A stretch of 64,000 bases of DNA from Methanobacteriota archaeon (GTDB lineage Archaea > Thermoplasmatota > Poseidoniia > Poseidoniales > Poseidoniaceae), in the NCBI GenBank assembly GCA_002710015.1, contig PAOW01000033.1:8059-72058 (forward strand), read 5' to 3'. Below the pieces are notes generated by a model. The model saw only the letters and a program-made list of their open reading frames with translations, made no database searches and was not told the DNA's origin. This document shows, piece after piece, positions 29,720 to 39,364 of the stretch. Made by a program: the position numbers and the translations under genes. Within the stretch, counting starts at the first letter, position 1. Each line of letters begins with the position of its first letter.

Positions 29720-29851
29720 TTGTTCACCCCTAGGTAAACCTCCGAAATGCAACCGGTTGATAACCAATGTGGTCTAGAAAAATTGCATGAATTTTCTGTT
29801 GTATTCTCAATAGCACCAAATTCTCAAAACCAAAATCCCAGAGGGCTTGTT

Positions 29852-30592
29852 ATGTCTGACCGTTCGGCAACCCAAGGTTTTGACCCTTCAGGTATAGACG
29901 AAGATGCGTGGACAGAACTAGAAAGGCAACTTGAAGCCACCATTCCTGTATATGACAAAGTCAACAAAATAATGACTTTAGGGTTTGACAAAAGCATGAG
30001 AAAACACGTAAGGAGTCATGCGCAAGCAGGGATGAAAGTATTGGAAGTTGGATGTGGCCCGGGCTCTTTCGCCGTCGACCTAGAAAATGTCGATTTGACA
30101 TGTCTGGATCCAAGTGCCGAGATGCTCAAGGTTTGTAAGAAAAGAGTGGACAAGGTTCGAAAATCGAGGGGAGAGACCCCCGCTAAATACGTCGAAGCTA
30201 TCGCTGAAGAAATTCCATTACCCGATGATACATTTGACAGAGTTTTCTGTTTATTCTCTTTCAGGGATTTCAAGGATAAAAAACAAGGTTTGACAGAAAT
30301 TTTTAGAGTCCTTAAACCGGGTGGCCAGTTAGTAATTTGTGACGCAGGAAAAGCAAATTGGTTCCATGGACTCTTTGGTAGACTTTACATGGGAACTTTC
30401 GTTCAGTGGGTTGCTAGAATTGTAACAAAAGATCCCAACCACCCTTGGAAGTGGTTAGCAAGAACTTACACACACTACGGAACTCATTCCTACTACAAGA
30501 ATATCATGAAAGAGATAGGATATAATGATGTTAAAGCAAGGCTTCTTTTCCCTGGAATGTCAAGCAGATTCAAAGCACGAAAGCCTGAGTGA
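29852..30592 (+). CDS. Class I SAM-dependent methyltransferase, UbiE/MenG-like
   Basis: YDKVNKIMTLG, VLEVGCGPG, LDPSAEML, IPLPDDTFD, EIFRVLKPGG. Confidence 0.8.
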   Translation: MSDRSATQGFDPSGIDEDAWTELERQLEATIPVYDKVNKIMTLGFDKSMRKHVRSHAQAGMKVLEVGCGPGSFAVDLENVDLTCLDPSAEMLKVCKKRVDKVRKSRGETPAKYVEAIAEEIPLPDDTFDRVFCLFSFRDFKDKKQGLTEIFRVLKPGGQLVICDAGKANWFHGLFGRLYMGTFVQWVARIVTKDPNHPWKWLARTYTHYGTHSYYKNIMKEIGYNDVKARLLFPGMSSRFKARKPE

Positions 30593-30657
30593 ATAAAGCA
30601 TATCTAACCCCCTATGGGAGCTGCTTATTTCTGATTATTTTGGCACACAATCAAACT

Positions 30658-31461
30658 TCAAGCGATACGCTCAACAGTTTCTGGTGTGATTCCTTCCTCT
30701 GGCGTTACTCTGTACACCATGATCGAAAGGTTTTCTGGAGCATTTCTGAATTTTGAAACAATCATAGAGGTCTCAAAGTCAGAACCGATTGTTCTAACCT
30801 TGAAATCACAAACCATGTCTGCAATTGCAGCCATTTCTTGTTTTACTGCTGGCGTAATTGTGTCGTTTGATACTGTGATGAACAGGATGCCACGGTATAG
30901 TTGTGTATGCGCTTGCATCATTCTCAACATAGCAACTACTCTGCCCGGATCATCTCTTTGCATGAAGAAATCTAGTGAATCTATAACTGCTCTGAAATAA
31001 GGACCCATGGCCATAACTTCATTTGTCATTTCAGTAAGGAAATCCTGGGTGTCATCATCAACAAAGCGAGTTTGGGCAAGTCTTTGGATATCAGGAAGTT
31101 TGAACCCTTCAAGCCTATATCTACTTGCTAACAATTCCTTTTCGAGAACCTTTGCATTGTATTCCTCACCAAGTGTCCTTACTGCTATGTCCGTTGGCCA
31201 ATTATATTTCTTGAAAACACGAGCAATTTCAAGCTGTGATTCGTTTGTAGAGATTAATATTGTATTTTCTGGTTCTTCAGCAGGGGAGGTAAATTGTTTT
31301 GCAAAAAGTTCGGAACCTGACCCTGTTTCTGTAAATCCAACAACCAAAAATCCTCTGGGAACTCCTCCATGCATTGCATTATCGAATTTGGGAACTCCAA
31401 AACTGCCAACACCTCCGAAGAAATCCTCATCTTCTGGGTTGAATTTCATCTGCTTGTTCAT
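30658..31461 (-). CDS. KaiC/RAD55-family RecA-fold protein with degenerate Walker A
   Basis: FGVPKFD...GGVPRG, ETGSGSE (no Lys), VIDSL, IADMV, SKFRN. Confidence 0.8.
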   Translation of the reverse strand: MNKQMKFNPEDEDFFGGVGSFGVPKFDNAMHGGVPRGFLVVGFTETGSGSELFAKQFTSPAEEPENTILISTNESQLEIARVFKKYNWPTDIAVRTLGEEYNAKVLEKELLASRYRLEGFKLPDIQRLAQTRFVDDDTQDFLTEMTNEVMAMGPYFRAVIDSLDFFMQRDDPGRVVAMLRMMQAHTQLYRGILFITVSNDTITPAVKQEMAAIADMVCDFKVRTIGSDFETSMIVSKFRNAPENLSIMVYRVTPEEGITPETVERIA

Positions 31462-31474
31462 TACAAATCAATCC

Positions 31475-32068
31475 TCAATGAATTACAACTTGACCTCTAT
31501 CAATGAGGTCTGTACAATATAGATCCAAGTTTGATAACACCGAAGGCGGGACTTGGTCGGGAACATTCAAGATTACTGTTAGAACCTCTCTTTGTCTGAA
31601 TGTATTAATAAAAGTGTGAAGATACTCAGCCAACATTCTTTCTTCATTGTATATTGCAAGAGAGTTTACTGAATCGATGAGGACAAAATTTCTTTCTGTG
31701 TTTGCGATTCTGAGCCTGTAAAGGGTTCTTAGCAACACGCTTTCTAGCATAATCGGGCTGTCAATAAAGGTGACGTTAGGGTATTGCACGTCTGTTCCGC
31801 CGAGTATCCCTGAAGATACCAAATCAATAAACTGAATATTAGAAACATCAACTCCGATTGTTTCAAAAGCCTCAATTATCTCAACAGCACCTCGAGTTGC
31901 GCAGATGTATACTCCACCCATCTCAAACATCTGCATGAGAGGAATCATTGTTGAGGCTGTAACCATGAATGCGTTAGAGTTACCACACCTAACTTGAATA
32001 GAAGAACTTAGGCTAACCTCGCTAAGTTGCTCCGCAATACGCTGATCTAACTCGAACAAATCAAGCAC
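31475..32068 (-). CDS. Inactive KaiC/RecA-fold protein
   Basis: GVYICATR, IQFID, FVLIDSVNSLAIYN; no P-loop; located between two KaiC-like genes. Confidence 0.6.
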   Translation of the reverse strand: MLDLFELDQRIAEQLSEVSLSSSIQVRCGNSNAFMVTASTMIPLMQMFEMGGVYICATRGAVEIIEAFETIGVDVSNIQFIDLVSSGILGGTDVQYPNVTFIDSPIMLESVLLRTLYRLRIANTERNFVLIDSVNSLAIYNEERMLAEYLHTFINTFRQREVLTVILNVPDQVPPSVLSNLDLYCTDLIDRGQVVIH

Positions 32069-32861
32069 CCCACCTGCTAGTATTGTCGTTTACAGCTCCC
32101 CATTTAAGCATAGGAGTTAGCATAACGCCAAGTGGTGTCAATTCAATTGAATGTTTAGCTCGACTGTGAGCTGTTCCGCGCATTTTTACTACTTGCAAAA
32201 ATCTTAGCAGATGCCCCATACGCTCAACATCTCCCATTACGATGATTCCATCAGCAATCGCTTCTTCTACACCAAACGATGACCAGTGAGCATTTTCTGA
32301 TGCTGAAGTTATCTCTGAGATGAGTATTGTAGTACAACCAAGAGTTGCTAATTTCTTCCCTAGTGTGAATAAGAAATCACGAATTAACTGCTCGCTTTTA
32401 ATCTTGTAACACAGAGTCGTTACTGAGTCTATTACTAGCCTTGTTACTCCTATTGTATTTACGATGTCAACAATCGCTTTAATGAGAGCGTGAACGTCTT
32501 CTAGATCAAACGATGCTTTATCCAATCCCAGCCATGAATAAAGCACGTCCATATCGAATACGTTGATTAAACCTGAATCAATCATATTCATGTCAAAAAA
32601 TGCATACTGACGGATGTTCTCAAGCAGCTTCACACTTGGTTCTGTTGCGGTAAAATGTGCGCATGCTTCCCCTGCCAGAGCACCTCTAACAAGGAACTCC
32701 ATTCCTAGCGTGGTTTTACCTGAACCGCATGTTCCTGCTGCCAAAACAGTGGACCCATAAGGTATTCCGCCTCTCAAAATCTCGTCCATGCCGTGAATAC
32801 CAGTAATGCAACGGTCCCGACTATACACTGTTGCTGGCTGCATGGGTAACACTATACCCAA
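32061..32861 (-). CDS. KaiC-like (RAD55 family) single-domain ATPase
   Basis: TGIHGMDEILRGGIP, Walker A GTCGSGKT, RLVIDSVT, VEEAIADGII, RFLQVVKMRGT. Confidence 0.9.
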   Translation of the reverse strand: MGIVLPMQPATVYSRDRCITGIHGMDEILRGGIPYGSTVLAAGTCGSGKTTLGMEFLVRGALAGEACAHFTATEPSVKLLENIRQYAFFDMNMIDSGLINVFDMDVLYSWLGLDKASFDLEDVHALIKAIVDIVNTIGVTRLVIDSVTTLCYKIKSEQLIRDFLFTLGKKLATLGCTTILISEITSASENAHWSSFGVEEAIADGIIVMGDVERMGHLLRFLQVVKMRGTAHSRAKHSIELTPLGVMLTPMLKWGAVNDNTSRWGA

Positions 32862-32896
32862 ACCATCACACTAAATGAACGATACGCCAAAAACGC

Positions 32897-33976
32897 TCAA
32901 ACTACGCCGGGAGTTGGTGTATTCGATATGTCCCATGAATCATCAAGAGATGGGGGCCCACCATTCCAAACTATGCTGCTATTTTGAAGTATTATGTCGT
33001 TAGATGTCCATTCTATTTTGCATACTTGATAACCCACGCCCTCATCTTCTTCAGCAAATAGGAACCTAAGGCGTCCTTTATTGTCATCAAGACCATCTAA
33101 ATTTCCGACTCCCAAAAATCCGGTTGTTCCTAAATCATACACCACGCTAGCGCTTCCTGTAACTTGGCTAGAAGGATCGCCACTGAAAATCGCCAATTTT
33201 CCTCCGGGTATAACTCCGGATTTGTATAAATAATCGCTTTCTCCGTTTGTGCCGGTCCTTTCAAAAGACCACCCTTTTAGGGAGATTGCAAAGCCATTCT
33301 GATTCTGAACTTCTATCCATTCAGGGCCATTTTGTGAAGGCTTTGGTGATATTTCTGTCACACGCAGAATCTTTGGAGAATCTGCTCCATCATGGACCTC
33401 GAGGCTTACTGAGATTACATTATCATTTGATATGAATGTTCTACTAGCCACAGAGGACATAGTCGCCGTCGACCTTTCAGAACCACCTGTGAACAGTATA
33501 TTTCCAACTTCAGATTCGTTTGATGAAGATATTACTTTTATGAGCAATTTTACTTGCAAACCGTAAGATAATCCCAGACCACTTGTTACTGCCTCCACAC
33601 TGACATTACATAGGGCATTGATTCTGTCAAAATCTAACAATCCATTTTTCATTATCCCTGGTTGTATGACGCCCTTTTCAATTTGGCTGGGAGAAATGTG
33701 ATGCCAATTCTCAGTAGCATTAGCTTGATCTCTTACTCCATCTTTGTAAGGTACATACCACCCCTCGCCATTTGTTAGTCGATCTAATCCGTCTACTGCT
33801 GACCTATCAACCAAATCGGTGTATGGATCGTTACTCCCTAATTCTAATTGAGCTAAAGACATGAAAGCAGTTAAAATCATCAAAAACAAGGTAAAGGCAG
33901 AGAGGAATTCAACGACTGCAACTACTGCGTTCTCATCGTCAGAAGCAGCAAGGCATACTGCTCTCCTACCCTGCAT
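32897..33976 (-). CDS. Pilin-like membrane-anchored protein with C-terminal lamin tail domain
   Basis: DDENA/VVAVVEF plus hydrophobic helix (class III signal peptide-like); LTD motif VTEISP...EWIEVQN...ISLKGW; ends TPTPG. Confidence 0.65.
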   Translation of the reverse strand: MQGRRAVCLAASDDENAVVAVVEFLSAFTLFLMILTAFMSLAQLELGSNDPYTDLVDRSAVDGLDRLTNGEGWYVPYKDGVRDQANATENWHHISPSQIEKGVIQPGIMKNGLLDFDRINALCNVSVEAVTSGLGLSYGLQVKLLIKVISSSNESEVGNILFTGGSERSTATMSSVASRTFISNDNVISVSLEVHDGADSPKILRVTEISPKPSQNGPEWIEVQNQNGFAISLKGWSFERTGTNGESDYLYKSGVIPGGKLAIFSGDPSSQVTGSASVVYDLGTTGFLGVGNLDGLDDNKGRLRFLFAEEDEGVGYQVCKIEWTSNDIILQNSSIVWNGGPPSLDDSWDISNTPTPGVV

Positions 33977-34099
33977 GATATAGGGTAAAGGGTCATTCTA
34001 TTGAGAGTGTCGCCAGTTTATGTTCAAATTGTTACAATACCACAATTATTGACTTCAGCCACCGATTCATATTTGAGTAGATGATACCACCACCCTATC

Positions 34100-37051
34100 A
34101 TGGCCTGCGAAAGCGTTACCAATAGAAGACACTCATCCAAGAGGTCTATTGGGCTAGTTTCGCTTTTGATATTAACATCAATAGGCGGAATAATGGCAAC
34201 ACCTAGCGCTGCTGCTTCTGTTAGCGGTGACTACGAAATAACCGCATCCGTATCCCCTTTACCCGGAGATTACATGTCTGCTTGGGACCCTGTTTACATG
34301 GAAGTTGAAATAACAAACTCAGGGTTTTTCTACAACACTCAGCCAAGATCAGTAGAATGGTTCGTTTGTGAGGGCAACCAATTAGAGAATGACTGTTATA
34401 ACAATCGAGAGGGATACGGAATAGGTTCAATCGATCCAATAATTGTAGGTGAAAGTGTTACTTACAGTTTCTCAAACTATTTCTCACCAAATGGTGATGA
34501 AGGACTTTATACACTTGTCTATAGATTTATCGATTCCGATACAAACACAACAAATGATGCAGGCATTTACAATTTTAACTTGGTGAGGAAACTTGTTGAT
34601 GTTATATTTGAGGAGCAAGATATTCTTGGTCAATTAGAAGGACTTGCAAGTTACAATGATGTATTGATTCTAAACACTGACACAGACTACCTAACCAGTG
34701 TTGAGGGCATTGCAAAGTCTTGCGGTAGTTGTGGATTGGTTGCAAACCTTGGTTGGAAAATCACAGATAATTTTGGAGTTGAACTAGCGAACGCTACTAC
34801 TTCATACGCCGACCTTCCAAATTGGGGTGAAAGCTCCTTTACACGTAATCTTCCCCCAATTAATTTTGACACAGAAGGTGTCTATACGCTGTATTATGGA
34901 ATAATAAGTTCAACAGGAACACCTTCCGGAGATATGAACTCTTACAACGATCTACAAAGCTTAGAAATTACCTTTGACGACACCGTCGACTTGCAAATCG
35001 AATCTATGCATCCAAGTTATGCACCAAGTTCCGCAGTATACTATTATGGTAACAATAGTGTTTCAGTTTCGGTAGCCAATCTTGGAAACCATACTGTTGT
35101 AGAACCTCTAGTCAGATTCACGATCTTGACTCTCGATGAAAATATTGAATCACAACAAGATTGCCTCCCCGAGGAGATTATCCCAGGTGAATCATACGTT
35201 TGCAATTTCAACTTGAATGCGCTCGGTGATAAACGGCTTAGGGTTTTCGTTAGCGAAGCTTTGAATGAGGGACTAGATCAAAAGCCATCTGATAACACCC
35301 TAAATGTGATATCTGAAGTTGTTAGAGGAGAGATAAACCCTTTAATCGAGCAAACAAATTTCTTCGGTACTTACAAAACAGCAGACAACATTGATTTGAA
35401 TGCTAGAGTTAATCCAACTGCCGCTGCTCCGCTTTCATACACTTGGTGGATGAGCGGTATTATCCCGATTGGTTCTGGCCAAAACGTTTCAATCCCTGCA
35501 TCCACATTAGGACTTGGAGATCATTATCTTACTGTTCGTGCTACTGATGCTTTGGGAACATTGGAATCCGAAACCATACCCATTACTATATTCAACAGCA
35601 CTGATATCAGCATTGGAAACTGGTTGAACGGATCTGCTGTGACTAGGACGCACGCTACCGCTATTGCAGAATATGATTACCCGCTTGTTGGCGCCAATTA
35701 TGCCGTAGGTGAAAATCTAGAGCCCTTGCTGCGTATGTCAATCGATGTAATACCTACTACCAATGCTCCCGATGCTGGCATGGATTGGATGGAATTTGAC
35801 ATAAATCTAACAAATGTAATCCCAGATAATATCCCCAGAGAATCTATTGCAGTCCACAAATTAAACGGATACGAACAAGTCATATGGGAACCTTTGGACT
35901 CAGAAAATTTCTTTCAAGTTATAGATAATGATACTCTGCGTGTTAACATAACACAGAATATGGACTTAATCATCGTAGGAGATTTACCATCACCAGAAAT
36001 CGACCTTGACAATCCAATACTGACACTTTTGCCTGATGGTAAAATGAAACTAGATTGGAATTCTAGTGGAGACTTATCAAATCCCTATTTTGGAGGTTGG
36101 AAAATTTTCAGAGTAACCAGCCCGGTAACTGTATCTGCATACTTTCCAAACCCAGACGATGTTCCTAGTAGATTTGTATGGGAGGGATTGATGAAAGATT
36201 CCTTGTCTGCAACCTTGAACGGAACAATGAACTCTTGGATTGACGAGCGCTCATTAGAGACCGGAATTTGTGCATCATATGCTGTAATACCAACTGATAG
36301 GGCAGGTAATCCTGATTATTTAGAAGCAGAAGTCTCCCTTGTTGACGGCGTCCCAGGATTGACGTGTGGTGATGCAATTGACCCAACTGCTAGTGTCTCA
36401 GGATTAAAATCAAATGTTGTATATACCAACGATAGTGACTGCCATGCTGCAAATAGGAATTGGGACATGTGCTATGAATTAACCCTGTCATGGACATGGC
36501 CCGATAATGAGCCAAGTGGAGATCTCTCTTGGAACATATACAGAATTGAACAGAAACCTGAAGATGTAGATCTAAGATTTGTCACCCCGATTGCTACTGG
36601 ACTACAAAATGTGCCTGGAGAGCAAGGAAATTTCACTCAAACCGGACTTGAGTATGATGGAATAAGGCCTTACAGAACTTACTATTACATACTTACGCCA
36701 ATTGATAATATTGGTAATGAGTTGACTACTATTGGTGGTAGTTCTTCATCAAATGTCCACAGAGTCTACATTGAAGACCAATACTGGCAATACAACCAGC
36801 ATAGAATTCCAGAACCACCTGAACCACCTGAACCACCTTATGGCATTGAATGGTTAGGCGATTTAGAGGACTTTATGGAGCAAGAGAACTTTCAATTAGC
36901 AGGAATAATACTTCTAGTCACGATTGTAGTGAACTTCATAGGGTTACCAATTATACTCAAGAAAAGAAAAAGGATGGCAAGAGCGTTATCTAGAAGAAAA
37001 AATAGACAAGCAGAGAATTTAGATGATGATTTTGAAGATTTCTTTAACTAG
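34100..37051 (+). CDS. Large cell-surface protein with Ig-like (CARDB/PKD/FnIII-like) modules and C-terminal membrane anchor
   Basis: Signal peptide; DLQI...VANLG...DN module; YTWW...GDHYLTVRATDALG; LDW/GWKIFR and LSW/WNIYR/YYYILTP modules; PEPPEPPEPP linker, TM helix, basic stretch. Confidence 0.75.
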   Translation: MACESVTNRRHSSKRSIGLVSLLILTSIGGIMATPSAAASVSGDYEITASVSPLPGDYMSAWDPVYMEVEITNSGFFYNTQPRSVEWFVCEGNQLENDCYNNREGYGIGSIDPIIVGESVTYSFSNYFSPNGDEGLYTLVYRFIDSDTNTTNDAGIYNFNLVRKLVDVIFEEQDILGQLEGLASYNDVLILNTDTDYLTSVEGIAKSCGSCGLVANLGWKITDNFGVELANATTSYADLPNWGESSFTRNLPPINFDTEGVYTLYYGIISSTGTPSGDMNSYNDLQSLEITFDDTVDLQIESMHPSYAPSSAVYYYGNNSVSVSVANLGNHTVVEPLVRFTILTLDENIESQQDCLPEEIIPGESYVCNFNLNALGDKRLRVFVSEALNEGLDQKPSDNTLNVISEVVRGEINPLIEQTNFFGTYKTADNIDLNARVNPTAAAPLSYTWWMSGIIPIGSGQNVSIPASTLGLGDHYLTVRATDALGTLESETIPITIFNSTDISIGNWLNGSAVTRTHATAIAEYDYPLVGANYAVGENLEPLLRMSIDVIPTTNAPDAGMDWMEFDINLTNVIPDNIPRESIAVHKLNGYEQVIWEPLDSENFFQVIDNDTLRVNITQNMDLIIVGDLPSPEIDLDNPILTLLPDGKMKLDWNSSGDLSNPYFGGWKIFRVTSPVTVSAYFPNPDDVPSRFVWEGLMKDSLSATLNGTMNSWIDERSLETGICASYAVIPTDRAGNPDYLEAEVSLVDGVPGLTCGDAIDPTASVSGLKSNVVYTNDSDCHAANRNWDMCYELTLSWTWPDNEPSGDLSWNIYRIEQKPEDVDLRFVTPIATGLQNVPGEQGNFTQTGLEYDGIRPYRTYYYILTPIDNIGNELTTIGGSSSSNVHRVYIEDQYWQYNQHRIPEPPEPPEPPYGIEWLGDLEDFMEQENFQLAGIILLVTIVVNFIGLPIILKKRKRMARALSRRKNRQAENLDDDFEDFFN
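36812..36838 (+). repeat. Three perfect 9-bp tandem repeats (GAACCACCT) encoding a Glu-Pro-Pro linker
   Basis: gaaccacct x3, read directly. Confidence 0.9.
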
Positions 37052-37100
37052 ATATCAAACCGTCTGATTTATTTCAAATACCAAAGTCGGAGTTTTACTT

Positions 37101-37186
37101 GCGGCGATCGCATAGCCTGGCCATTGCGTCGGATTGCTAATCCGATGGGTGTTCCCGCGGGGGTTCGAATCCCCCTCGCCGCGCCA
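37101..37186 (+). tRNA. tRNA-Ser(GCT), intronless, CCA encoded
   Basis: Acceptor stem GCGGCGA/TCGCCGC, anticodon arm TCGGA-TTGCTAA-TCCGA, long variable arm, TTCGAAT T-loop, discriminator G plus CCA. Confidence 0.96.
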
Positions 37187-37190
37187 AAAT

Positions 37191-38270
37191 CTATTCCGCA
37201 TTCAGGACCTTTACCTTCTTACTAGCTGAGATTTTCCACGATTTGAATATGAAGTTCATACATGGGACAAGCAAGAGGAAAGCAAAAGTCATTTCCCATA
37301 TGTAATCTACTGGCACTGCTGCTGTGTATACGACACCTACAAACATCCAAGCTAAATATCCAAGTGACCTAGTAAAGGATGTGAAGGCTTTTGACATCCT
37401 TCCATTTTCATCAAATTTCTGATGTGGATCAATTTTCCAAACCGAAATTGAATACCAAAGTGTCAACGCTCCTGAAAGGAATGCATAAGCAAGAGGAAGG
37501 CCTGCTTCTGGCCAAAAACACGGTACGGACCCAACACCAAATAGCATGATACAATAGAATTTGGCTTCTTTGAGTGTCCTTACTGGTCCTTTGACGTCTG
37601 GCATCATTGGAACACCAACTTTAGCATATTCTCCGCTACGGTAGAGTGCTAATGCCCAGAAGTGCGGCGGTGTCCAGAAGAATATCAGGAAGAATAGCAT
37701 CCAAGGGATTGGTGAACCCAAGTCAAATGGGTTCAGATTATCAGGAATAGTTGCTTGTGATGCTACAATCCAACCTATCAACGGTGGAGTTGACCCTGCT
37801 ATTCCGCCGATAACAATATTCTGTGGTGTTCTTCTCTTTAGCCAAATTGTGTAGATAAATACATAGAAAGCCACGGAAAATAATGACCAAAAGGCTGCTT
37901 TCCATGTATACAATAAAAACAAACCACTACCAAGTAATGAGATTATTATTCCAAAAACCAATGAATGCTTGGGAGATATCCAGCCACTTGGTATTGGTCT
38001 AGCCCTAGTTCTTGACATGCCAGGATCTATATCTCTATCGTAAACCATGTTAATGGCATTAGAACCACCGGCTGCCAAGGTTCCTGCGAATAAGGTGAAT
38101 GTACAGGATTCGATTGTGTCTATCCAAGTCCTGTCTCCTGACAACTCTCCACTTCTTACCATTAAATCATGAGTTAAGATTGCACATATCGCAGTAATTT
38201 GCAATAAAATTACGACTCTTAACTTCATTAATTGCAAGTATATTTTGAGAAGATTAGGTTTTTCACTCAT
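37191..38270 (-). CDS. ctaB: Protoheme IX farnesyltransferase (heme O synthase)
   Basis: NMVYDRDIDPGMSRTRARPIP, YTIWLKRRTPQNIVIGGIAG, WTPPHFWALA. Confidence 0.95.
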   Translation of the reverse strand: MSEKPNLLKIYLQLMKLRVVILLQITAICAILTHDLMVRSGELSGDRTWIDTIESCTFTLFAGTLAAGGSNAINMVYDRDIDPGMSRTRARPIPSGWISPKHSLVFGIIISLLGSGLFLLYTWKAAFWSLFSVAFYVFIYTIWLKRRTPQNIVIGGIAGSTPPLIGWIVASQATIPDNLNPFDLGSPIPWMLFFLIFFWTPPHFWALALYRSGEYAKVGVPMMPDVKGPVRTLKEAKFYCIMLFGVGSVPCFWPEAGLPLAYAFLSGALTLWYSISVWKIDPHQKFDENGRMSKAFTSFTRSLGYLAWMFVGVVYTAAVPVDYIWEMTFAFLLLVPCMNFIFKSWKISASKKVKVLNAE

Positions 38271-39309
38271 CCTCTCCGACCTCTTCACCCAGTTTCAACA
38301 GCATAAGGCCAACAGATGCACATAAAAAACTAGCCACTCCTAGCAACAAGTGCAAAAGAGATAATTTTTCAGGAAACTCCCCCAACTTTGCAAACACAAC
38401 ATACAAGCCACCAACTAAAACATTAGTCATCCATAGACCAGTAGCGATATCAAATGTCCTTGTATATCCAAAATGTATGTCATTAGCTTTTGCACTCTCT
38501 CTGAATTTCATTCCTCCAAAAATAAGTGCAATACCAACCAAACCAGCTCCCGACCTGTGTACCATTTGGACTAAAATTCCGCTATCGTCTAAAGTAGGAA
38601 GAACACTCCCTTGACATTTAGGCCATCCGTCTGGGAATCCAACTGAACATCCCTGATTACCATTGGGAGACGATGACACCCAAGCACCCAAAATAAGGAG
38701 CAGGAATATAGATGCTGTTAGAATTTTCAATCTCTTTAGTTGAAGTTGCTTGAACTTGTTTGAAACTCTGAACATTGCCCATTTAGCCCCTTCAGCCTTC
38801 CTCATACTGAAATATTGCCAGAGTAATATGTAAACAAAACATGATGCCAGCCCGAGATGTAAGGCAACCGACCAGTCAGCATTGTCGAACCTTACAGTAA
38901 CAGCACCTGCCGCTCCTTGCAGTGTAAGTAGAATTCCGGTAAAAAATGAAATTTTGACTAAAGATTTTCCATATAATTTCTTACGTTTTAAAATTATCAA
39001 GAAATTTGCCAAAACCGGAAGCGCCATTATTGCAGCTAAGAGGCGGTGGACCCACTCGATAAAGATCTCAAATGTAGTGTATCTTTTATCTGGTCCACGA
39101 CTATCATACTCTTTTGTTTCCTCATACCAATTTTCCTGATCTTCCTCAGAGATATCAAAACCCCATGTTCCAAAACACTGCGGCCAATCAGGACAGGATT
39201 CACCAGCATCGTAAATCCGAATAGTTCCACCTGCTGTTATTATTATCATTGCCAATATTGCAATTGCAAGAGGCAACGTAGAAGGGCGGCGGAACCATGG
39301 GGTTTCCAT
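38263..39309 (-). CDS. ctaA: Heme A synthase (CtaA/Cox15)
   Basis: CPDWPQC, EWVHR, ALHL, second Cys pair GC...WPKC, QMVHR, LLHL. Confidence 0.92.
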   Translation of the reverse strand: METPWFRRPSTLPLAIAILAMIIITAGGTIRIYDAGESCPDWPQCFGTWGFDISEEDQENWYEETKEYDSRGPDKRYTTFEIFIEWVHRLLAAIMALPVLANFLIILKRKKLYGKSLVKISFFTGILLTLQGAAGAVTVRFDNADWSVALHLGLASCFVYILLWQYFSMRKAEGAKWAMFRVSNKFKQLQLKRLKILTASIFLLLILGAWVSSSPNGNQGCSVGFPDGWPKCQGSVLPTLDDSGILVQMVHRSGAGLVGIALIFGGMKFRESAKANDIHFGYTRTFDIATGLWMTNVLVGGLYVVFAKLGEFPEKLSLLHLLLGVASFLCASVGLMLLKLGEEVGEDE

Positions 39310-39364
39310 CGTCCCCCGGGGCAAGAGGCTCCCTTTTAACAAACCGGACTGTTTGGGCATACAC

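Noticed and set aside
30658-32861. Cyanobacterial-type circadian clock
   Set aside because: Single-domain KaiC-like proteins only; no kaiA, kaiB or double-domain KaiC.
37101-37186. tRNA as integration site of a genomic island, or as tRNA-Sec
   Set aside because: No integrase or duplicated tRNA 3' end was seen, flanks are ordinary genes, and the anticodon is GCT.
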